From contig PS015094.1 of assembly GCA_048213135.1 (NCBI GenBank), positions 41,104-89,537 on the forward strand: 48,434 nt of DNA, read 5' to 3'. The position numbers and the translations under genes are program-made. Shown here piece after piece: positions 39,345 to 48,434 of this stretch. Under the pieces are notes generated by a model, which did not search any database, was not told the DNA's origin, and saw nothing but the letters and a program-made list of their open reading frames with translations. Positions within the stretch are counted from its first letter, which is position 1. Each line of letters begins with the position of its first letter. Origin of the DNA: Reclinomonas americana ATCC 50394. Lineage: Eukaryota.

Positions 39345-39880
39345 AGCCATCGTCTGCACTGTGCACTTCAACTCGGGGACGAGAGCAGAGACACTCACCA
39401 AGAAACCCTTCTTGCTTACTCTCTTCATCCACGATCGGCATAGTGCACTTCAACTCGAGGAACTGAGAGATCACCAAGAACCCTTCCTGATACTTTTCTG
39501 TTCATCCATCGTCTGCCTTGCGCCCTTCAACTCGGGATCTGAGAGAGAGAGACTTGGAGGAGACCCCGTCCGTCTCTGGTTCATTCATCGATCGTCTGCA
39601 TAGTGCACTTCAACTCGAGGAACTGAGAGAGCACCAAGAACCCTTCCTGTTACTTTTCTGTTCATCCATCGTCTGCCTTGCGCCCTTCAACTCGGGATCT
39701 GAGAGCAGAGACACTCACCAAGAAACCCTTCTTGCTGATTCTCTTCACCCACTCTCTGCATCGCTCACTTCAACTCGAGAGATCACCAAGCAACCCTTCC
39801 TGTTACTTTTCTGTTCATCTACTGTCTGCCTTGCGCCATTCAACTCGGGGAACTGAGAGATCACCAAAAAACCCTTTCTG
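39345..39880. repeat. ~80-bp tandem repeat with ~160-bp higher-order structure
   Basis: The core (C)TTCAACTCG recurs about 7 times, usually followed by CACCAAGAA(A)CCCTT. Two unit types alternate. Confidence 0.85.
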
Positions 39881-40002
39881 TCACTGGTTAAAAAGACTCG
39901 CAGATGATCTCCCCAACGCACCTCTCGTCAGTCTTCCGCCGTGTCTAACTTGCCGTCTCTGTGACAGTTCTGTTAATCCGCCCTCCACTCTCCTCTGCGG
40001 CC

Positions 40003-43000
40003 ATGATTGTGCGCCTTAGCGATCCGCTGGTGTTGCAACTACGATCCGGCTTCAGTATTCAGTCGTACGCGCAGGCAGTGGTGGAGTTGGTGCTCAATGG
40101 TGAGCGAGCACAGAAGGTTTCCGATTCTCCTCCCCTCTCACCCTCTCCTCTTGCGCACAGCCCTCGACGCGAGCAGCACGCGCATCGACATTACCGTAAC
40201 CATTCACAGCGGTCGCGGCGACGGCTGCATCGAGGTGCACGACAATGGCATTGGTATCGCACACGCCGACATGCAATTGTTGGGCGAGCGATATGGTGCG
40301 ACCCATCTTCCCTCTATCTATCTGTCACCTCCTCTCTCGCCAACCCCCATCGCAGCCACCTCCAAGATCTCCACCGTGGACGACTTGTCGCGGGTGTCAA
40401 CATACGGTTTCCGCGGCGAGGCACTCAATTCACTGGCCCTCCTCTCGCACATGGAGGTGGTCAGTCGGCACCAGCAGTCGTCGCAAGCCTTCACGAAGCG
40501 ACTCGGGTGCACGACGGCCGCGGTGGAGGTAGCGACGCGTGTCACGCACGGCACCACCATGGTGTGTCGCGACATGTTCTACAACCTGCCGGTGCGCTGT
40601 CGCACCGTGTCGCACTCCGCCGACATGCACGCTGTGCGACGTGCGGTGGAGGAGTTGGCGATCGCCGCGCCCGGTGTGCTCTTTATGCTCACCGACGGGG
40701 CGACTCAGCAGCGACTGCTGGAGTTGCGACGAGTGCAGTCGCCGCTGACGCGCTTTCGGGAGATTTTCGGCATGGCGACGCGTGACTTTCTGCCGTGTGA
40801 GTACGCCGATGGCGAGGAGAGCATTCGCGTGCACGGCCACATTTCGCCGTTTGCACAGGTGTATCGATCAAAGGTGCGTTTTGTGTGTGAGAGAGTCCTG
40901 AGTGGGAGTGATTGGCTGCTCACCTTTGTGATGATTGCAGAACTTTCAGTTTGTTTGTGCGTATCGACGCGCCTTTCTCGCACATCGCTGTGCATCTCGC
41001 TTACATAGGTAGTGGTAGATGTGAACGGGCGTGCCATTCACCAGAGTCGATTGCACTCGGCAGTCACTCGTGGATACATGGAAGCCAAGGGCCACTTGCG
41101 GCCTGTGCCACTCCAGCATGACGACGATGGCGACGCAGAGTTGGAGGGCGAAGATGAGGAGGATGCTGATGGAGAAGAGGCTGTGGTGCACGGCAAGCAG
41201 CTGCCGACGTTGCGGACGTCGTCGTTGACTGCCACGCATTCTGCAAAGTGCGTCAATGTGGTGGAGTTTTGTGTGGTCGCTGCTTTATGTGGCACTGCTT
41301 TATGTGTCGCTGCTTGTGTCGTCTCTGCTCCTTGTCGCTGCTTTGCGTGTCGCTGCTCCTGGTGTCACTGCTCTCCTGGTGTCGCTGCTCCTGGTGTCGC
41401 TGCTCCTGGTGTCGCTGCTCCTGGTGTCGCTGCTCCTGGNNNNNNNNNNNNNNNNNNNNNNNNNNNNNNNNNNNNNNNNNNNNNNNNNNNNNNNNNNNNN
41501 NNNNNNNNNNNNNNNNNNNNNNNNNNNNNNNNNNNNNNNNNNNNNNNNNNNNNNNNNNNNNNNNNNNNNNNNNNNNNNNNNNNNNNNNNNNNNNNNNNNN
41601 NNNNNNNNNNNNNNNNNNNNNNNNNNNNNNNNNNNNNNNNNNNNNNNNNNNNNNNNNNNNNNNNNNNNNNNNNNNNNNNNNNNNNNNNNNNNNNNNNNNN
41701 NNNNNNNNNNNNNNNNNNNNNNNNNNNNNNNNNNNNNNNNNNNNNNNNNNNNNNNNNNNNNNNNNNNNNNNNNNNNNNNNNNNNNNNNNNNNNNNNNNNN
41801 NNNNNNNNNNNNNNNNNNNNNNNNNNNNNNNNNNNNNNNNNNNNNNNNNNNNNNNNNNNNNNNNNNNNNNNNNNNNNNNNNNNNNNNNNNNNNNNNNNNN
41901 NNNNNNNNNNNNNNNNNNNNNNNNNNNNNNNNNNNNNNNNNNNNNNNNNNNNNNNNNNNNNNNNNNNNNNNNNNNNNNNNNNNNNNNNNNNNNNNNNNNN
42001 NNNNNNNNNNNNNNNNNNNNNNNNNNNNNNNNNNNNNNNNNNNNNNNNNNNNNNNNNNNNNNNNNNNNNNNNNNNNNNNNNNNNNNNNNNNNNNNNNNNN
42101 NNNNNNNNNNNNNNNNNNNNNNNNNNNNNNNNNNNNNNNNNNNNNNNNNNNNNNNNNNNNNNNNNNNNNNNNNNNNNNNNNNNNNNNNNNNNNNNNNNNN
42201 NNNNNNNNNNNNNNNNNNNNNTGTCGCTGCTCCTGGTGTCGCTGCTCCTGGTGTCGCTGCTCCTGGTGTCGCTGCTCCTGGTGTCGCTGCTCCTGGTGTC
42301 GCTGCTCCTGGTGTCGCTGCTCCTGGTGTCGCTGCTCCTGGTGTCGCTGCTCCTGGTGTCGCTGCTCCTTGGTGTCGCTGCTCCCCTTGTGTCGCTGCTC
42401 CCCTTGTGTCACTGCTCCTTGTGTCGCTGCTCCTGGTGTCGCTGCTCCTTGTGTCGCTGCTCCTTGTGTCGCTGCTCCTTGTGTCGCTGCTCCTTGTGTC
42501 GCTGCTCCTTGTGTCGCTGCTCCTTGTGTCGCTGCTCCTTGTGTCGCTGCTCCTTGTGTCGCTGCTCCTTGTGTCGCTGCTCCTTGTGTCGCTGCTCCTT
42601 GTGTCCTTCTTCCACTGACCTCCTTCCCCATCATTTATTGTTCCTTCTGCTTTCTACCTCCTCCCCCTCTACAGGCACGTCCCCGCCTTTGTGATATTCA
42701 TTGAGTGCCCGCCGACCTCCTGCGACATCACCTACGACATCAAGAAGGACACGGTGCAATTCCAGCACTGGTCGCGAGTGCTCAATGCTGTGCGACGTGC
42801 CGTGCTGGCGGCCTACGGCATTACCGTGGTCGATGTCGAAGAGCCCGTGGGGCGTGAGTCGCCAGATGCTGCGCAGGATGTTGTGGAGGTCGTCGAGTCT
42901 GAGCCGGAAGCGGAGGATGATGACAGGAGGTGCACTTGCTGCCTTCCGTCTGTTAATGCCCTCTTCTACTGACTCTTTCACTCGCTCAGCGTTCCTCCGT

Positions 43001-45122
43001 CCGTTCCAACCCCGTCATTTGGTTGCGTTACGATACCTTTCCATCTTTGTAGTGCATTGTCTCACCTGCCTCTCCATATCAAGGCCTGTACAATCCACTG
43101 TCGTCAGCTGATTCGCCGGCCATCACACCAGTGCGCCCGCCGACCGCCACACGCTCTGTCAACGATGTGTTGCTGGCCACACCCCGTGTTGGCTTGGCGC
43201 ATCGCACGCCGACAGCAGCGGCAATTGGACAGCGCACTCCGCGGCCGACAGTCGACTCTGTTCTCTCACAGTGGTCACACCGACCGGCAGTTTGTTCATC
43301 ATTCCCGACGCGTGCCTTCGCTCTCTTCGAGTCATCTCACTCCCGCTCGTTGCAGCCGACTGCCGTCTCGGCGTCACGCACTGGCTTTCTGTCGCGGTGG
43401 ATGCGACCACGAGCAGGTGGTGAGGCGTCGTCGTCGTCACCGGTGGTTCCACAATTTTCGGCCGAGGAGTTGGATGCCATCATGCCCGACGACTATTCTT
43501 CTCCGTCGCCACCGCCGCCGCCGCCACCACCACCACCGCCACCAGTTATGGCTGCTGGTCGAGGCGGTGACGGTTCTGTGCGACTATTGGGAGCGCTGTC
43601 ACGTGCGAGCGAGCAGCAGGAGAAGGAAGTGGTGACAGAGTCGGAAGTGACGGTGGATGACGATGTGGTGGATGCACAAGCGCAAGAGTGTGGTGGCGAC
43701 GGTGTTGGCGGCTTGCTGACCGCCAGATGTCATGCTTGTGCATGCGAGACAGCGATCGCACGGGAGGTGCGGAGTGGTGATGACGTGGTCATGCGTGACC
43801 GTGTGGAACAAGACACGGGGGAGGAGGAGGAAGAGGAGGAGGGAAAGGATGAGGTTGACAAGACATTGCCTGGGAGCAAGGAGAAGGAAGGAGTATCTCC
43901 ATTGCAAGTGGTGACGCGCTCCATGGCACGTCGTTTGGAGGAGACCGAGGACACGCCGGCGCAGTTTGTGGAGCGGCTGTTGCAGGTGTTGCTGTCTCAT
44001 TACATTGCATGATCTTTGCACTGCGCTCATTCTTCTGCAGACATGGGAGAATCCAGTGTTTGCCGTGCCGCCACCGGCGATTGCGTCGCTGCTTGGCAGT
44101 GATGGATGGCCACAGTTTCGTCATTTCTGAGCTCACACTCGCCAATCACTTTTCTCAATGCTTCCCACTCGCAGACAAGTGAATCGACCGGGCTTTGACG
44201 AAGTGTTGCTGACGAGCATGTCGATCCAGCGTAACATGCTGCAGCGCATGACGGTTCTGTCGCAAGTCGACCGCAAATTCATCCTGGCCGAGGCCGACGG
44301 CGTGCTGTATGTTATTGATCAGCACGCGGCGGATGAGCGGTTCGCAGATTGATTTGCTTGCCTTAGCGATTCATCTATTTTTCTCACTCTCCTTCCCCTC
44401 CACCAGGATCCGGGTGGAGAAACTGCAAGTTGAGTACTTTGGCAAGGTCGGTGGCGGCAGTTCTCGACGGCGATTCAGCGACAGGCGCATCACCACGCAA
44501 GCCGTGTTGCCGCCCGAATCGTTGCGTGCTTTGTTGACGCCATGCAATCGTCCTCTCACTCTCACTCTCTCGTTCAGAGTCACTGTCGAGAGCCACATCG
44601 GTCGCCTGCTGCAGCTGTACGAGAAACAGTGCACGAGCTGGGGCTGGCTATTCTCCGTCTCGTTGCGTCGTCACACGCACGCACACTTTCCCCGTCCCGT
44701 CCCTCTCCATTCATACTTTCTCGCACAGCGCCGACGGCACCGCTGTCACCCTTCGACAGGTGCCTCTTGTGTGCGGTGAGCGACTGGGCTGTCGCGAGCT
44801 GGTCGAGTACGCCGAGCAGCTGCAGGAGGCGGGCACGCCGCTCAAATTCTACGCGCCACTCGCCTACCAACGCATCATCAACTACAAGGCGTGCCGCGGG
44901 GCGATCATGTTTGGCGACTCGCTGTCGCTGGAGACGTGCCAGCAGATGATTCGTCAGCTGGCCGACTGCCGTCTGCCGTTTCAGTGTGCGCACGGGCGGC
45001 CGTCGATTGTGCCGCTGATCAAGGTCGACTCGCTGCGGCAGGTCACGCGGCAGCCGGCGTATGAGGAGAGGAGGCCGAGGAGTCTGGTGAGGGCGTTGAG
45101 GGGGATGGAGGGGCGCGGGTAG
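40003..45122 (+). CDS. MLH3: DNA mismatch repair / meiotic crossover endonuclease MLH3 (MutL family), about 990 aa, ~13 exons
   Basis: GHKL ATPase motifs [30 protein letters not shown] and FYNLPVR are present, plus WENPVF. The C-terminal endonuclease motifs are [22 protein letters not shown] and FQCAHGRPS. The exon model totals 2976 nt in frame. Confidence 0.9.
41330..42605. repeat. 15-bp minisatellite GTGTCGCTGCTCCT(G/T) in MLH3 intron, spanning a gap
   Basis: Near-perfect tandem array on both sides of the gap. Confidence 0.95.
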
Positions 45123-46225
45123 GGGAAGGGGCAAAGGGGGAAGGGGCAAAGGGGGAAGGGGCAAAGGTGAGAGAATAGGAAGGGGAGAAAAAGAGTGAAC
45201 TCAATTGATTGGGGACAGTGATGGGTGCGAAGAAACTGGGTAAATGAACAACTGCAGTGTTTCACGTCAAGAGCGTCGCTCACAAGGATCGGAAACGTGG
45301 AAAGAGAATCAGCCCTGTTCTTGCGGCAAGCAACAAGAGCACAGCGTCTTACCGCAATCGCAGAAAGAGAGAGGGAGAGGAAAAGGTTCGAGTGGTGCTC
45401 TCGAAACATTGCGATGACCGTGCTGTAGGCGATCCGCAACAAGGATAAAGCACAGTGGGAACTGACGCGATACACACGGGAAACACGAAACAGCATCATG
45501 CAGAAGAAGAGTTCTAATTGCAGAGAAACTGGTAGCAAGGATGACAGTGAGAGAGATAGAGAGAGTGTGTGTGTGTGTGGTGTGTGTGAGAGAGAAGAAA
45601 AAGATGTATTAAGGAAGCGAAATGGATGACAACTGAGAAACATAAGAGATATGACGCGACGCAAAAGGAAACGACTGAAGAAAGCAGTGCCAATATAAGG
45701 AGCACACGCAGAAGAGAGACAGCAGCACCGTGGTTGTGCTGCCAAGAAAGGACAGAGGGCAATGAAACGTTCAAAGTGAAAACGGAACGATGCGTGCAGC
45801 AGTTAGATGCTCTCGCAACAGAGCAGAAAGCGCGCCACGAGCGGAACGACGCGCAAAGAAGAAGAGCGACGGTTACGCAAAAGCGAGAAGGACATCATAT
45901 TACCACAAGCGGTGTTGCTGCGGGTGCACAGCAGGAGAACGTTAACTGAGCTCGTGCCACAGCGGCAGTATCCACAACCTGTACACAATCCCTCTGCCCA
46001 CCCCACCTCCTCGTCCACCACCATCCACTTCGGTTCGCGCAAAGACACAGAATTCACTTGAGTCTCGCAAAAGCCGATCGACCACTGCTCCTCTCCAACC
46101 AACCCCACAGTCACCGCCACACCTACACACCCACCATTGTATAATGGTACTCTCCGATCACGGAGGGGCGAGTGTGCAGATGCGATGGGACCGCGGGGGT
46201 GGACGAGACGAGCGATGCAGACGAC

Positions 46226-46985
46226 TCAAACGAAATCAGTGCGCTCCTGCTTCTCCTTGATGACCTTCTCAAGGGTGTCCTTCAGGTATGTCTGCGCGGA
46301 GACCACCGGATGTGTGAGCAGCGTGCTGGACGGCCGACACCCTTTCTTCCTCGCGCGCGTATCTCACCTTGTTCGACTCGTTGAGATCCCACAGCTCCTT
46401 CGGCAGATAGTCGTTGTGGCAGCTGGCGTCAATGGCGCGCTTGAAGCGCCACTTGCGCTCCGCCTGCACCTCCTTGGGCAGCCTGTGTGTGTCGCGAGGG
46501 GAGGGGTAAGGAAATAAGCGATATGGAAGTGCGAGACAGGGTGGATGGGGCGGACCTTGAGAGCGCCTCGTTGACCTCCGGTGACTCGATGAGAATGTCC
46601 TCCTTCTTCAGGCCTGTGAAGAGAGGGAAAGGGATGAGAAGGGGAAGGCACAAATGAAGCAAAAGAGCACAGGAGAAAGATAGAGAGAGAGAGGAGAGAG
46701 AAGTGAAAGAGGAAGACACACACACGAGAGAAAGATAGAGACTGAAAGGATAAGCAAGTGGAGGCAGAGTCGCAGATTAGCATGAACGAGAAGCAATGTG
46801 CCAAAAATGCAGAGGGAGGACAGGCGGAAGAGAAAGCGTGAGAAAGGCAGGCAAGCAGCATGCCTGCAGAAGGCCGGGAGGAGAACGAGGTGGTCATAGA
46901 GGAGAGAGAGAGAGAAGTGAAAGTGGACGACACAGACACACGCACAGAGAAAGGGAGAGAGAGAGAGAGAGACAGACGGAGAGAG

Positions 46986-47079
<94 letters not shown>

Positions 47080-47153
47080 NNNNNNNNNNNNNNNNNNNNN
47101 NNNNNNNNNNNNNNNNNNNNNNNNNNNNNNNNNNNNNNNNNNNNNNNNNNNNN

Positions 47154-47234
<81 letters not shown>

Positions 47235-48054
47235 AGCAACTGTGATATACGGGGAATATGAGCACAAAGAAAAGAGGAAGACAGAGCACGAGAAAGCACA
47301 GAGCTCGATTGGAGAGGACACAGCGCGAATGAGACAGCAAAAAAGGGCAAGAGAGCGGAGGATTAGAAGAAGAGCGCGTGAATGAAGCGCACGAGTCGTG
47401 GTTGAGAGAGCACAGAAGAGGAACGCGAAACAGCAATGATGAAACTCAGAGAGAGGGGGAGATCCGAGCAAGAAGAACCAAACAGAGCGCATGAGAGACA
47501 AGGAAACAACCAAGCGCAAGAGAGAACGCAAGAAAAGAAGAGGATAACGCAACAAGAGCGAACACTCAGAATGGGAGAGAGAGAGAGAGATCCGAGCAAG
47601 AAGAACCAAACAGAGAGCATGAGAGATAAGGAAACAACCAAGCGCAAGAGAGAACGCAAGAAAAGAAGAGGATAACGCAACAAGAACGAACACTCAAAAC
47701 GAGAGAGAGGAGAGTGAGCGTGGATCAGAGCACACAGACAGCATGAGACACAGCAGAGAACGCGAGAGGGACCTCCCTTCTTCCCTGTCCCCTTCCTCCC
47801 TTTTCCTTTTCCCTTCTCGCACCATACTTGTGGTATCCCGCAGCGCCCTGGTAGTAGCGCGCCACACGGTACGCAATGCGATCCAAAAAGTCCAAATCCT
47901 CCCACTCCTTGGCCGGCTGCTGCTGCTCCGCCGACGAAGCAAACGTCCGCACCGACATCGAGGCCGACGAGGTGGCGGCCAGTGGTGCCCACTTGGAGAC
48001 CACGAGAGTGGCGGGGGTCATCCCGATGCGCTGAGACAGGCGTGCGAGGAACAT
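46226..48054 (-). CDS. QCR7: Cytochrome b-c1 complex subunit 7 (UQCRB/QCR7), 156 aa, 4 exons
   Basis: Exons 48054-47823, 46613-46556, 46482-46368 and 46291-46226 total 471 nt. The product reads YQGAAGYHKYGLKKEDILIESPEVNEALSRLPKEVQAERKWRFKRAIDASCHNDYLPKELW...YLKDTLEKVIKEKQER. Confidence 0.92.
47461..47700. repeat. ~128-bp tandem duplication in QCR7 intron
   Basis: gatccgagcaagaagaaccaaacagag...gaacactca occurs at 47461 and 47589. Confidence 0.85.
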
Positions 48055-48395
48055 GATCGGCGTGTGGCCTGCGGGTAGGTGGAGAGGGAGGGGGAGGGTG
48101 AGGGAAGGGGGGAAGGGAAGGGGAGGGGAAGAGAAAGAGAGGGAAAGAGCATGAGTGCTGGGGAACCCAGTCTTGGCAGCTACAAGCGCCAGGGAGACGT
48201 GCACGAAGGTGGAGGCAGGGGGAAGTGTGAGGGTGGGGGAATGAAGGGGAAGGGAAAGAGAGGGAAGGAGCATGAGTGCTGGGGAACTAAGTTTTGTAGC
48301 AACAAGAATGGGCAGACAGTGACATATGCAAGTCTGTTGGACGGTCAGCGCAGTGCGTGTGTGTGTGCGTGTGTGCGTGTGTGTGTGTGAGACAA

Positions 48396-48431
<36 letters not shown>

Positions 48432-48434
48432 GAG

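Noticed and set aside
39345-39880. CRISPR-like periodicity (also 24229-24560)
   Set aside because: The inter-core sequences are themselves repeated rather than unique spacers, no cas genes are present, and the context is eukaryotic.
41209-41250. C|GTTGCG donor at 41209 in MLH3
   Set aside because: It is used in the gene model but excluded from the tally, because an in-phase A|GTGCG alternative lies about 39 nt downstream.
45200-46200. Short ORFs between the convergent MLH3 and QCR7 genes
   Set aside because: No homology cues; likely 3'UTR or intergenic DNA.

Overview
This is eukaryotic, most likely protist, nuclear DNA from a gapped draft scaffold. It is gene-dense, intron-rich and full of (AG)n/(CT)n, (CA)n and (CTCA)n microsatellites and intronic minisatellites. 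Manual splicing reconstructs about 13 genes: a bacterial-type GNAT acetyltransferase, a carnitine/choline acyltransferase, a Tis11/TTP tandem-CCCH protein, two convergent AWPM-19-like membrane proteins, a putatively myristoylated WD40/coiled-coil protein, two head-to-head 2-TM proteins resembling PAC(TMEM206)/ENaC trimeric channels, a Gemin8-like protein, a DUF2415-type WD40 protein, an unknown RGG/acidic protein, MLH3 and QCR7. The most striking signal is a two-class 5' splice-site code. When the exon ends in G, the donor is usually GT-N-N-G (GTGCG/GTGAG/GTTCG). When the exon ends in A, C or T, it is almost always the same motif with one extra T (GTTGCG/GTTGAG/GTTTCG). The class switches together with the -1 base at homologous introns of paralogs. 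All gene models and family calls were made by eye without database searches. Most long ORFs in the supplied track are artefacts of repeats or N gaps.
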